DNA from: Chiloscyllium plagiosum
Taxonomy: Eukaryota
Assembly: GCF_004010195.1 (NCBI RefSeq)
Contig: NC_057757.1
Coordinates: 3,481,851-3,534,676 of the forward strand
Direction of reading: 5' to 3'
DNA: 52,826 bases
In this document: in pieces, positions 22,126 to 34,864 of the stretch
Numbering within the stretch: the first letter of the stretch is position 1
How the letters are laid out: every line of letters begins with the position of its first letter
Notes under the pieces: generated by a model
Databases searched by the model: none
What the model was told of the DNA's origin: nothing
The model's input: the letters and a program-made list of their open reading frames with translations, nothing else
Translations under genes and position numbers: made by a program

Positions 22126-23344
22126 AATTTTCCTGCTCCTCGGATGCTGCCTGAACTGCTGTGCTTTTCCAGCACCACTCTAATCTAGACTCTGGTTTCC
22201 AGCATCTGCAGTCCTTGTTTTTACCTACAGGGTAGTGAAGAAGGCATTTGGAACACTTGCCTTCATTAGTCAGTGTATTGAGTTAGGAGGTCATGTACAG
22301 GACATTGGTTAGGCCACTTTGGGAATACCATGTTCAGTTCCGGACTCCCTACTATATAAAAAGATGTTGTTAACCATGAACGGGTTCAGAAAAGATTTAC
22401 AAGGATGTTGGAGGATTTGAGCTATTGGGAGAGACTGAGTAGGCTGGGTCTGTTTTCCCTGGACCGTCAGAGTGTGAGGCGTGACCTTATAGAGGTTTAT
22501 AAAATCATGAGGGGCATAGACTGGGCGAATAGGCAAGGCCTTTTCCACAGGGTCGGTGAGAAGGGAGAGATTTAAAAGGGACCTAAGGGGCAATGGCTTC
22601 ACGCAGAAGGTGGTGCGTGTATGAAATGAGCTGCCAGAGGAAGTGATAGAGGCTGGTACAATTGCAACATTTAAAACGCATCTGGAATGGTTAGCATTTG
22701 GAAAGCTTTAGAGGGAAATACTGGCAAATGGGAGTAGATTAATTTAGGATATCTGGTCGGCACAGACGAGTTGAACCGAGGGGTCTGTTTCCCTGCTGTA
22801 CAAGTCTCTGACTCAATAATCTAGATAATCAGGTCTTTGGGTCCTGGGTATAAGTCTCATCATATGTCCACAGAGTCCAACCTTTGGAACTGAACTGATT
22901 TCATGGGTGGGGGTGGGTAGGCAGAGGCTGCTTCTGAGACAAAGTGATCTCTATTTCCTGAATGGGGTGTTGGGAAGGGGGGCATAGTGAAGGAGGCATT
23001 GAACAAGGAATTGTTCCCTGATACTGCTTCCTGTTTCATTTCCCCCACTCTAGCCCCCACTCTCTTCCTCATTGTTCAGGAGTTAGGTGGCTATCTCTGC
23101 AGTTTTAAGCGTTGAGAGGAAGTCGTCAGGAAGTTTTCTAAGACCGTTTGTCGGAAAATCCCGGAGTTAGTCAGCATTCTGAAATGAATCCATCGATGAA
23201 AACAATTGGCACATTGACAGCCGGTTGCTGTCAGTGACTCAACGGACAGTACTCTGAATCAGAAAGTCACAGGTTCAAATCCCTCTTGAGACACACTAAG
23301 ATGATCATGCACTTTGTCTCACAGCTCCATATCAGTCAGTGAAG

Positions 23345-23575
23345 GTGCCATGGTGGCTCAGTGGTTAGCACTGCTGCCTCACAGCGCCAGGGACCCAGGT
23401 CGATTCCACCCTCGAGTGACTGTCTGTGTGGAGTTTGCACGTTTTCAGCGTGTTTAACTCTGGCTTCGCCCCCACAGTCCAAAGATATGCAGGTTACCTG
23501 GACTGGCCAGGCTAAGTTGTCCATAGTGTCCAGGTATGGATTTGGTAGGTCTTGGGTGGGACGCTCTTCAGAAGG
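23345..23575 (+). mobile_element. HE1 V-SINE (diverged)
   Basis: tRNA head and partial body. Confidence 0.8.
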
Positions 23576-23799
23576 TGGGCTATCGTCCTGGAAACAATCC
23601 CTTTACCCATTCAACCTTTGGTAATCAGGAATGAGTGACAAAGGCTGGCCTAGCCTGTGGCAGCGCAACCCCAAACCCAATAAAATCCTTCCAGTTGCAG
23701 TTCAAGAATTGAGATTCATTACAGGGTTCAACCTGTTTTACTGAAACATGAAATAAGCTTTGAACAAAACATTCTGAACAAATTAACTAGACACAAGTG

Positions 23800-24078
23800 A
23801 GATTAGAGTCCATACAGTATGGAAACAGGCCCTTTGGCCCAACAAGTCCACACCACCCCTCTGAAGAGTAACCTACCCAGACACATTCACCTATCGTATA
23901 TTTACCCCTGACTAATGCACCTAACACTATGGGCAATTTAGCATGATCAATTCACCTGGCCTGCACATCTTTGGAGTGGGGGAGGAAACCCATGAAGACA
24001 CAGGGAGAACATGCAAACTCCACCCAGACAGTCACCCAAGGCAGAGAATTGAACCCAGGTCCTGGTGCTACGAGGCAG
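23800..24078 (-). mobile_element. HE1 V-SINE
   Basis: Body and tail; head truncated. Confidence 0.85.
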
Positions 24079-24304
24079 GGAGCCACCAGGCCTCATTGGG
24101 ATGCTACTTACTGAAGAGCAAGAGGGTGATCCCATCGGAACATATTGGATTCTTAATAGTCAATGCTGAGAGGGAGTTTCCCCCCTCAAGACCAGAGGGC
24201 ACAGTTTCAGAATAAAGGGGCCTTCTGTAGATTGAAGGCTGAGACAGAGAAATTCTTACACAAAAACAGAAATTGCCAGAGAAACATGTGAGGGAGAATT
24301 TCCT

Positions 24305-24598
24305 CAGATGGAATTGGCTAGCACAAGGAGACATAGCTTTAGATTGAGGGGTGGTAGATATAGGACAGGTATCAGGAATGGTTTCTTTACTCAGCGAATA
24401 GTTGGGGCGTGGAATTCCCTGCCTGCAACAGTAGTAGATTCGCCAACTTTAAGGGCATTTAAGTGGGCATTGGATAGACATATGGACGAAAATGGAATAG
24501 TGTAGGTTAGATGGGCTTCAGATTGGTTCCACAGTTCGGCGCAACATTGTGGGCCAAAGGGCCTGTACTGCACTGTAATGTTCTAAGTTCTATGTTCT
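24305..24598 (+). mobile_element. CR1-type LINE 3' end
   Basis: TRRHSFRLRGGRYRT...WNSLPATVV plus (TGTTCTA)n tail. Confidence 0.9.
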
Positions 24599-24599
24599 T

Positions 24600-25260
24600 T
24601 GAAACGCAGCAAGTCTGGAAGCATCAGTGGAGAGAAAGCAGAGTTAATTTTTTAGCCCAGCGACCCTGCTTCAGAAGGGTGAGTCAGTAGGAAAATACAC
24701 TGAAGAGAGGGGTTGGTCACATGGAAGGGGGAAGAATGAGGAGGGAAGAAGTGCAGATGGAGGTCAGAAACAGTGAGAAACAGTTAGACAGATAAACAGA
24801 TGGATGGTAAAATGCCAGAGGAAAAGAGAAGCCAATAATTAGGTGACCTTGGTTTGGCTGTGTTGACAGCAGGCCATGGAATGCCAATGCCTGGCATGTG
24901 GGCTTGGCTGCTAGGACATGGGAGAAGACACTCAGGTCTTGAAAGGATTGAACTCGACATTGAAGGGTCCCCGAGTGGAAAATGAGAAGGTGCTCTTCCA
25001 GCTTGCACTGAGTTTCGCTGGAGCACTACAGCAAACCTGAGATGGAGATGTGGACCAGGGACCAGATTGGGGCGTTAAAGAGCCAGGCAACTGGAAGCTC
25101 AGGATGTTTTTTTTGGCGGGCAGAAAGGAGGGGTTTCGCGACGTGGTCACCCGGTCTATGCTTCGTTTCCCCAGAGGAGATGACATTGTGAGCAGCACGT
25201 GGAGTTGACCGGATTGAGTGAAGCTCAGGAAAGGATTGTCTGGGATCCTTGGATAGTGAG
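24600..25260 (-). mobile_element. Older Penelope-like element fragment (family 3)
   Basis: Decayed ORF end (GLL*CSSETQCKLEEHLLIFHSGTLQ / NVEFNPF), pyrimidine-rich UTR, terminal repeat. Confidence 0.65.
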
Positions 25261-25627
25261 GAGGCAAATATTTATTGTAAACCTTCTATAATCGCATGGG
25301 AAGGTGCAGTGGGGGGATGTGGGAGGCATTAGGACTGCACCAGGATGTCTCTAAACAGGATCATAAGCCACCATTTTCATCAGCTCCAACGAGATGCCAC
25401 CATCAGACGCATATTGCCCTCCCCTCCTTCCGCAGGGAGCATTCCCTCCGGGACACCCTGGTCCTCTCCTCCTCCATTTCCAACGCCTCCCATTTTCCAA
25501 CTCATTCTCCGTCCACTCATTGGCATCATCCCTTTCTCCTTACCTCTCCATTATCCATCCCTTTGTCTGGCTATCTTTCCCTTTCTCTGGATTTCATCTC
25601 CATCGATCCTCTTCTTCCTCTCTTAGA

Positions 25628-25932
25628 GGTGGCTCAGTGGTTAGCACTGTTACCTCACAGCGCCAAGGACCCGGGTTCGATTTCCGCCTCGGATGACTGT
25701 CTGTGTGGGTTTCCTCCGGGTGCTCCGGTTTCCTCCCTCAATCCAATGATGTTCAGGTGAGGGTGGATTGGCCATGCTAAATTGTCCCATAGTGTCTAGA
25801 GATGTGTAGGTTAGGTGCATTAGTCTGGGGCAAATGTGGGATAGTAGGGAACAGGTCTGAGTGGGTATCCTTCAGGGGGTCAGTGTAGACTTGTTGGACT
25901 GTTTCCACAGTGTAGGGATTCTATGATTCTAT
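25628..25932 (+). mobile_element. HE1 V-SINE
   Basis: Head, V-domain (internal deletion), tail. Confidence 0.9.
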
Positions 25933-27124
25933 TCCCTGACATCCTCTGTCTTCAGTCAACAGTGTGGTGCTGGAAAAGTACCGCAGGTCAGGAAGCATCC
26001 GAGGAGCAGGAGAATCGATGTGCCGGGCACAAGCCCTCCAGCAGACACGCCAATGTTTCTAGGCTACTATGAATTCCGAAGAAGGGTCACTGGACCCAAA
26101 CTGTTAACTCTATTTCTCTCCCTGGAAGATATTGCCAGGCTGGTGAGCTTCTCCAGCAATACCTGTTTTAGTTTCAAATTTCCAGTGTCCGAAAGATTCC
26201 ATTTTATTATAGAGGGATTCTTGATCAGTCGTGGAATCAAGGATTATGGGAAAAAGGCAGGAAAGTAGATGTGAGGATTGCCGGATCCACCATGACTCTA
26301 CTCCTGTTCCTATTCCTAATGCCTGTATGATCTGTATTTCCAGCAATTACCAGCTGTACACCAGTCTCGAGACGGAATTGTTTGGTGAAATCCATCAGAA
26401 CTGTACTCCAAACCAACACAGGGAGTGCTGGAGGAACTCAGCAGGTCTGGTAACATCCGTGAAGCGAGAAACAGAGTTAATATTTCGAGTCCAGAGCCAC
26501 TGACCCATAGCATTGAATTCCGCTCTGATAGAGACACACCCTTGAGTTATCTGAACTGAGGCTGCACGATCACAATTGCTTGACATTCTGACCTGTTCCA
26601 AACTGAATGATTTACAAGCCAGTATGTAACCAGGAGTTGGTGGGGACGGGGGGAACGTTCCCACAGAAAATAATGCGACAGACTTTGAGACCCCAGTGGT
26701 TATGGGATAAGATGGACCCACAGCTCGGGCGACTTTAGTGAGATCATGTCAAAACAGGTTTATGAAATCTTCAAGAAAATCTATAGCCATAAATTCAGGC
26801 AGTGACTGAAAGGGAAAATGATTTAGACCTTGGATCCCTTAAAGACTCAGTCTAGGCAGTTAGTCATGCATGCATAAAAGGTGTAACCATTGTAAATGGC
26901 ACACACTGAACTCTTACAAAACAATGGCTTTACATTTTTTTTCAGGATAATGATTTCCAATTAAAAAATGGTTACACGTTTGCAAACCCTTATCTCTATC
27001 CGACTGTTTATACAACTTACATTCCCAGTGCGTACCCATGATTCATGTGATTTAAATAAATCATTACAAGTTCCCATAAGAATGCAGTTTGTGATTACCA
27101 AACTTGCAAGCAAAATCAGTCGCT

Positions 27125-28222
27125 TAGTGGCTAGCACTGCTGCCTTACGGCACCAGGATCCCGGCTCCAATTCCAGCCTTGGGCGATTGCCTGTGTGGGG
27201 TTTGCACATTCTCCCTGAGTCTGCATGGGTTTCCTCTGGGGGCACCAGTTTCCTCCCACTAACCAAAGATGTGCAGGAATAGGGTGGATTTGCCATGCTA
27301 AATTGTCCCATAAGGTACAGGGGTATGCATGTTTTCTGAATTGGTTGTGCTAAAGTGTCCCTTAGTGTCCGGCGATGTGCAGATTTGGGTGGATTGATCG
27401 TGCTAAATTGTCCAATAGTGCCCAGGTATGTGCAGGTTAGGGTAGGTTGACCGTGCTAAATTGTCCCATAGTGCCCAGGGATGTGTAGGTTAGGGTGGAT
27501 TGGCCCTGCTAAATTGTCCCATAGTGCGCAGGGATGTGCAGGTTAGGGTGGATTGGCCATGCTAAGTTGTCCCAATATGCCTAGGGATGTGCAGGTTAGG
27601 GTGAGTTGGCCATGCTAAATTGCCCCACAGTGTCCAGGGATGTGCAGGTTAGGGTAGATTGGCTGTGTTCAATTGTCCCACAGTGTGCAGGGATGTATAG
27701 GTTAGGTTGGATTGGCTATGCTAAATTGTCCCACAGTGTGCAGGGACGTGTAGGTTAGGGTGGATTGGCCGTGCCAAATTACTCCATCGTGCTCAGGAAT
27801 GTGCAGGTTAGGGTGGATTGGCCATGCTAAATTGTCCTATAGTGCCCAGGGATGTGCAGGTTAGGCTGGATTGGCCGTGCTAAATTGTCCCATAATGTCC
27901 AGGGATGTGCAGGTTAGGGTGAATTGGCCGTGCTAAATTGTCCCATAGTGTCCAGGAATGTGCAGGTTAGAGAGAATTGGCCTTGCTAAATTGTGCCATA
28001 GTGCTCAGGAATGTGCAGGTTAGGGTGGATTGGCCGTGCTAAATTGTCCAATAATGTCCAGGGATGTGCAGGTTAGGGTGGATTGGCCATGCTAAATTGT
28101 GCCATAGTGCCCAGGCATGTGCAGGTCAGGGTAGATTGGCCATGCTAAATTGTCCCATAGTATCCAGGGATATGCAGGTTGGGGTGGATTGGCTATGCTA
28201 AATTGTCCCATTGTGCTCAGGG
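27125..28222 (+). repeat. HE1 SINE head followed by ~18 tandem copies of its internal 53-bp unit
   Basis: Unit GGGATGTGCAGGTTAGGGTGGATTGGCCATGCTAAATTGTCCCATAGTGTCCA from ~27270 to 28222. Confidence 0.95.
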
Positions 28223-28257
28223 CATTACCTGGGTCTACTGGATTAATAACGACCAGG

Positions 28258-28545
28258 TTATAGAATCCCTACAATGTGGAAACAGGCCCTTCGGGCCTAT
28301 AAGTCTACACTGAGTCACACCACCAAAGAGTATCCCACTCAAACCCGTTCTGCATTATTTTACATTTGCCAACACAACACTATAGGCAATTTAGCGTGTC
28401 CGATTCACCTAACCTGCACACGTTTAGACTATGGGAGGAAACCCATGTGACATGGGGAGAATGTGCAAATTCCACACAGTCACCTGGAATTGAACATGGG
28501 TCCCTGGTGCTGAGAGGCAGCAGTGCTAACTACTGAGCCACCATG
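28258..28545 (-). mobile_element. HE1 V-SINE
   Basis: Full-length pattern with deletions. Confidence 0.85.
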
Positions 28546-28547
28546 CA

Positions 28548-28790
28548 CAATCCTGGACACGATGGAACAATTTAGCACAGCTAATCTACCCTAACCTGCA
28601 TATCCCTGGACACTACGGGACAATTTAGCACGGCCAATCCACTCGATTCCTGCACATTCCTGGACATTGTGGGACAATTTAGCTCGGCCAATCCACCCTA
28701 ACCTGCACATCCCTGGGCACTATGGGACAATTTAGCAAGGCCAATCCACCCTAACCTGCACATCTCTGGGCGCTATGGGACAATTTAACA
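28548..28790 (-). repeat. HE1-derived 53-bp array, ~4.5 copies, no head or tail
   Basis: Reverse complement of the unit at 27270-28222. Confidence 0.9.
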
Positions 28791-29444
28791 TATGTCCTTG
28801 CCTCACTGGCTATCCCCTGATAATCTTTCATCCTCCTGTTCATTTGGAGTATGCCTTGGAAGAATAATTTGAAGATATTGCATCCACTGCCTTTTGAATT
28901 GCAATGACTTCCTTCTCTAAAAGAGGGTGTAACTTTGGGGGAAGGGTCTGCAAGGCGGGAGAGATGGTCTTCTTTAACTGCAGGAAGAAGGCACAGCCTG
29001 AAGGAGCCTCAAGGGCCCCGAGGTGCTGCCGGACGAGGGGGGGGGGGGGGAGGGACTGCCAAAGAGGTTAAAATGATTGCCGCTTAACACTTCCCTTTTT
29101 TAACCACTTCTGGGAAAATGTGTGTTCAGGAACTGCACCATCATTCCGCCTGTGTCGGAAGTAGTCATGGTTACGCAGAAGCGTCTATCATATGATTTTG
29201 TTTTTGGGATTAGTTGGAAGAAATGTGTCATACGAGGTGTGCGGACTCTCCTGCTGATCACCGTTTCACTACAGGCTGGTGCATGTAGGGAACGAGCTGC
29301 CAGAGGAAGTGGTCAAGGGCAGTATTGTATAATCATACAGTCCCTAAAGTGGAGTAGCAGGCTATTCGGCCCATCGAGTCTGCACCAAACCATCTGAAGA
29401 GCATCTTACCTGGACTCACTCTATAACCCTTCATTTCCCATGGC

Positions 29445-29900
29445 TAACCCACCTAGCCTGCACATCCCTGGACACTATGGGACAATTTAGCATGGCCAAT
29501 CCGCCCTAACCTGCACATCCCTGGACACTATGATGCAATTTAGCACGACCAATCCACCATAACCTGCACATCCCTGGGCACTATGGGACAAAATAGCATG
29601 GCCAATCCACCATAACCTGCACATCCCTGGGCACTATGGGACAAAATAGCACGGCCAATCCACCCTAACCTGCACTTCCCTGGACACTATGAGACATTTA
29701 GCACAGCCAATCCACCCTAACCTACACACCCCTGGGCACTATGGGACAATTTAGCACGGCCAATCCACCCTAACCTGCACATCTCTGGGCACTATGGGGC
29801 AATTTAATACAGCCAATCCACCTTAACCTGCACACCTCCCTGGACACTATGGGGCAAATTAGCACAACCAATCCACCCTAACCTGCACATCCCTGGACAC
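29445..29900 (-). repeat. HE1-derived 53-bp array, ~8.5 copies
   Basis: Reverse complement of the same unit; an HE1-type tail lies at ~29335-29445. Confidence 0.9.
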
Positions 29901-30101
29901 TGGCGGTATGGTGATTTAGTGGTTAGCACTACTGCCCCACAGCACCAGGCATCTGGATTTGATCCCAGCCTCAGGCGAGTTTGCACATTTTCCCCATGTC
30001 TGCATGGGTTTCCTCCAGGTGCTCCGGTTTCCTCCTACAATCCAGAGATGTGCAGGTTAGGGTGGATTGGCCATGCTAAATTGCCCCATAGTGTCCAGGG
30101 A

Positions 30102-30900
30102 TGGCATCCTTCTTTAGAGATCGCAATTTTCCTTCCCATGTAGTTGAAGATGCCCTCCAACGCATCTCGTCCACATCCCATCCCTCCGCCCTCAAACCCC
30201 ACCCCTCCAACCGTAACAAGGACTGAACCCCCCTGGTGCTCACCTTCCACCCTACCAACCTTCGCATAAACCACGTCATTTCCGCCACCTCCAAATGGAC
30301 CCCACCACCAGGAATATATTTCCCTCCCCACCCATTTCCGCTTTCCGCAAAGACTGTTCCCTCCATGACTACCTGGTCAGTTCCACGTCCCCCAACAACC
30401 TACCCTCCCATCCTGGCACCCTCCCCTGCCACTACCGGAATTGCAAAACCTGCGCTCACACCTCCTCCCTCACCTCCATCCAAGGCCCCAAAGGAGCCTT
30501 CCACATCCATCAAAGTTTTACCTGCACATCCACTAATNNNNNNNNNNNNNNNNNNNNNNNNNNNNNNNNNNNNNNNNNNNNNNNNNNNNNNNNNNNNNNN
30601 NNNNNNNNNNNNNNNNNNNNNNNNNNNNNNNNNNNNNNNNNNNNNNNNNNNNNNNNNNNNNNNNNNNNNNNNNNNNNNNNNNNNNNNNNNNNNNNNNNNN
30701 NNNNNNNNNNNNNNNNNNNNNNNNNNNNATTGTGCTCTTTGCTATCTTCTCCCCAGCCCCACCTCCCCCATTTATCTCTCCACCCTGGAGGCTTCCTGCC
30801 GTTAATCCTGATAAAGGGCTTTTGCCTGAAACGTCGATTTTCCTACACCTCGGATGCTGCCTGACCTGCTGTGCTTTTCCAGCACCACGCTGATCTAAAC
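30102..30900 (+). mobile_element. Penelope-like element fragment (family 1) spanning a gap
   Basis: DPTTRNIFPSPPISAFRKDCSLHDYLV...CRNCKTC-like ...HQSFTCTSTN (PLE linker / start of GIY-YIG). The terminal repeat has a mutated hammerhead motif at 30808-30835 with helix I AATC/GATT. Confidence 0.85.
30538..30728. other. Assembly gap (191 N)
   Basis: Run of N. Confidence 1.
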
Positions 30901-31289
30901 TCCAGGAATGTGTGGGTTAGGGTGGATTGGTTGTGCTAAATTGTCCCGTAGCGTCCAGGAATGTGTGGGTTAGGTGCATTAGTCAGGGACAAATGTAGAG
31001 TGGTAGAGCAATAGGTCCGGGTGGGTTACTATCCAGAGAGTCGGTATGGACGTGTTGGGCTGAATGGCCTGTTTTCACACTGTAGGGATTCTATTCTACT
31101 TCCCCGGAGTGTCGGAGGCTGAGGGACGACCCTATGCAGGGTTATAAAATTCATGAGTGGCATGGATAGGATGAATAGCCAAGGTCTATTCCCTGGGGTA
31201 GGTGGAGGGGGATAGGTTTATGGCGAGAGGGAAAAGATTTAAAAGGTACCAGAGGGACAACATTTACACGCAGAAGGTGGTGCGTGTGT

Positions 31290-31830
31290 GGAATGAGCAA
31301 GACTAGGCCATTCGGCCCCTTGATCCTGCTCTGCCATTGAAAAGCATCACGGCTGAGCATTCAACACAGCCCCCTGTTCCCTCTTCTCTCCCCCCATACC
31401 CTTTGATCACTTTCGCCTTAAGAACTACATCTAACTCCTTGGTTGAAGATATTTCTCCTCATCTCAGTTTTACCCCATCTTCTTTAGACTGTGATTCCCT
31501 GGGTGTGGTCTCTTCAGTCATCTGGAATATCCATCCTGTGTTTACCCCTGTTTAGTCCTTTTAGAATTTTATTGGGTTCTATGAGATGTCTCTCACCCTC
31601 TTCAAAACTCCAGTGAACATGGTCCTAACCGATCCAGCCTCTTTTCCTATGTCAGCCCTGCCGTCCCAGGATTCAGTCCAGTAAACCCTTCTTTTCACTC
31701 CCTCCATTGCCAGGACATCCTTCCTCAGGTAAGGAGACCAAAACTGCACACTATACTCCAGGTGTGGTCTCACCACTGCCCTGTACAATTGCAGCAAGGC
31801 ATCCCCGCTCCTGTACTCAAAATTCTTGTG
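31290..31830 (-). mobile_element. CR1-type LINE 3' fragment
   Basis: FEYRSGDALLQLYRAVVRPHLEYSVQFWSPYLRKD. Confidence 0.85.
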
Positions 31831-32009
31831 TCCTGTGTGACATAATAGCTCAATTTCTCTCCTTTCTATATAATCCAAACTTGGGCACTGCCCCTTAATG
31901 AGCCCCTTCCCAGTGCCAATGATTGTCCCTCAGCTATTGTGTAAATTGCAAGAATTGCGAGTCTTGGATTCTTGCATGCATGCTTGCTTGAGTTATCATC
32001 AGTAAATTC

Positions 32010-32700
32010 GATTGGATTTGATTTATGTTTGTCACATGTACTGAGATACTGTGAAAAGTATTATTATAGAAATCCTGACAGTGAGGAAACAGGCCCTTCG
32101 GCCCAATAAATCCACACCGACCCTCTGGAGTAACACACCCAGACCCATTCCCTGACTAACGCACCCAACCTACACATCTCTGAAGACTATGGGACAATTT
32201 ATCACAGCCAATCCACTCTAACCTGCATATATCTGGAGACTAAGGGCAATTCAGCATGGCCAATCCATCCTAACGTACACACCCCTGGATAATATGGCAC
32301 AATTTCGGATGACCAAATCACCCTAACCTGCACATCTTTGCACTGTGGGAGGAAAGGGGAGCACCCAGAGGGGACCCACGCAGTCATGGGGAGAATGTGC
32401 AAACTCCACACAGACAGTCAACTGAGGCTGGAATCGAACCCAGGTCCCAGCATTGTGAGGCAGCAATGCTAACCACAGAGCCACCATGCCACCCGTGTTT
32501 TGTATACTATCCAGGTAGATGATACTTTACGCAAATACATCAGGTAGTAGAACAGAATGCAGAATACAGTGCAGCAGCTACAGAGAACGTACAGAGCAAG
32601 ATCAACTCTAATATATGAGCGGTGCATTCAGTAAAGTCTGATAACAGTGGGGAAGAAGCTGTTCTTGAATCTGTTGGTACGTGTTTTCAAACATTTTCTT
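32010..32700 (-). mobile_element. Rex1/Babar-like 3' fragment containing an HE1 (32065-32495, ~3 internal units)
   Basis: Tail TTTTCACAGTATCTCAGTACATGTGACAAAC...AAATCAAATC; HE1 nested inside. Confidence 0.7.
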
Positions 32701-32709
32701 GATCAATTG

Positions 32710-33400
32710 CGTCAATGGTGTTTAATTTGGATAAGTGTGAGGTGTTGCATTTTGGTAAAACAGGCAAAGGCAGGACTTATATAATTAACGGTAGGTCTTA
32801 GTAGTCAGATACATAATTCTGTGAAATTTGCGTCACATGTAGAAGTTTAAGAAGGCATTTAGTACGCTTGCCTTTATTGCTCAGCCCTTTGAGTACAGGA
32901 GTTGGAACGTCATGTTGAGGTTGTACAGGATATTGGTGAGGCTGCTTCTGGAAAACTGTGTCCAGTTCTGGTCACCCTGTTATAGGAAGGATATTATTAA
33001 ACTGCAGAGGGTTCAGAAGAGATTTATCAGGACGTTGCTGGAAATATAAAATTAGACTGGAAAGGCTGGAACCTTTTTCACTGGAGTGTAGGAGGTTAAG
33101 GAGTGACCTTGTAGAGGTTTGTAAAATCATGAGAGGCATGGATAAGGTGAATGACAAGGGTCTTTTCAACTAGGGTGGGGGGGAGTTCAAAACTAATGGC
33201 CATATGTTTAAGCTGAGAGGAGAAAGATTTAAAAAGGATATGAGGGGCAACTTTTTTACAGAGTACGGTTCGAGTGTGGAATGAACTTCCAGAGGAAGTG
33301 GTGGATGCAGATACAGATACAATATTTAAAAGACATTTGGTTAAGTTCATGAATAGGAACGGTTTGGCGGGATATGAATCAAGAGCAGGCAGGTGGGACT
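32710..33400 (+). mobile_element. CR1/HER1-like LINE fragment
   Basis: FNLDKCEVLHFG through to the 3'UTR, decayed. Confidence 0.85.
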
Positions 33401-33718
33401 AGAGTCATAGAATCGCTATAATGTGGAAACAAACCCTTTGGCCCAACAAGTCCACACCAACCCTTCGAAGAGTAACCTACCCAAACCTATTTCCATACCC
33501 TATGTTTACCCCTGAGCTAACCTACACATCCCTGAACACTTTGGGAAATTTAGCATGGCCAATTCACCCGAACCTGCATACTTTTGGCTTGTGGGAGGAA
33601 ACCCATGCCGACACTGGAGAACGTGCAAACTCCACACAGACAGTCACCTAAGGCTGGGATCGAACCCAGGTCTCTGGCGCTGTGAGGCAGTAGTGATAAC
33701 TACCAAGCCACCGTGCTG
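33400..33718 (-). mobile_element. HE1 V-SINE
   Basis: Full-length pattern. Confidence 0.85.
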
Positions 33719-34864
33719 CTCAGTCATAGAGTCATACAGCATGGTCTGATGCTGACCATAATCCCAAACCAAATTAGTCCCATCTGCCTGCGCTTGGCCC
33801 ATATTCCTCCAAACCTTTAGTTTAGTTTGGGAATGTGGTCAGCATGGACCAGTTGGACTGAAGGGTCTAATTCCATGACTCTGTAACCAGGTGGGAGGGG
33901 TCTTTGATGATGTTGGCTGCCTTCCTGAGGCAGTGGGGAACTGTATGCAGAGTCAGTGGATGGGAGGCTGGCAATGGACTGGTCTCTGTTATTTCTCATG
34001 GTCTTGGGCAGAGCAGTTGCCATCCAGATAGGATGGTGCATCTATCAAAATTGTCAGCATCACGAGCGATGCAGTTTTGCCCAACTCCATTCCCACCCTC
34101 CACCTCCATCCCCTGAGCCCACTTCATCCTTTCTTTCTAACGTTGGGCAGCCCAAGAGATTTACTGTTGACTCTGTCTGCCTTCTTCCCCACCCCGCCCC
34201 CCCACGCCCGATTATGCAGAGTCATGTACACACTCCTAATCTGCTGGGTCATTTTCTCCAAGTGATGTTGTTGCCAAGCTGAGGCGAAAAAAAACAGGAT
34301 CTGGCATCCTTCCCAAAAACCTGGCATCAAACCTTGAGCTCCCACATCATTTATTTTAACCTTAACCTTCCGATCTATGCAAAGGCAAGATCCAGTAACT
34401 CTTCCAGTCAACATCCAGGCAATGATTAATTGTGGGTCCTTTTTGTTGTTATTTTTCAGCTCATTTTCTGTCAGGATGTTAGATAAGGTTCCAGCCTTAT
34501 CACAGCAGTCACAAAAAAGTTATTTTTATAAGGCAGTGACTGACAATGAGGCTTATCCTGGCTATGTTTATAGAAGTCAACACATTGGTGTTGGGGATTT
34601 TTGTTTTGTTTATGAGGAGACGGGCTCTCTCCCAAAGCTGAGGGGAAACTGTGCATGATACTCCCGAGTTTCCATCCTTAGCTATCTCTGTCTGAAGCAC
34701 TTCACTCCCCCAGCGTGACGTAGGGAGCTTCGCACACGTCAAGACACCGCTGAGGACAACAAAGGGGGTCTGCCGTTCTGAAAGAGATTAACGTTGGACT
34801 CGAAATGTTAACTTGACTCCTCTCTTCCGCAGTTGCTGAGTTTCTGAAGCGCTCTTGGATTTCC

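Larger units (their letters stand above)
21407..22226 (+). mobile_element. 5'-truncated Penelope-like element (family 1)
   Basis: Begins in the ORF C-terminus (CLIFCLGTLQPHGINVDFTSF, the end of the GIY-YIG region), followed by a C-rich UTR and the terminal repeat. 18-bp TSD ACAGGGTAGTGAAGAAGG (21389-406, 22227-44). Confidence 0.85.
21380..22815 (+). mobile_element. CR1/HER1-like LINE fragment interrupted by a PLE
   Basis: LINE sequence (VDRVVKKAFG) resumes after the TSD at 22244 and runs to the 3'UTR. Confidence 0.85.
29901..31098 (+). mobile_element. HE1 V-SINE split by a PLE insertion
   Basis: Head at 29901-30100; the remainder resumes at ~30901. Confidence 0.8.
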
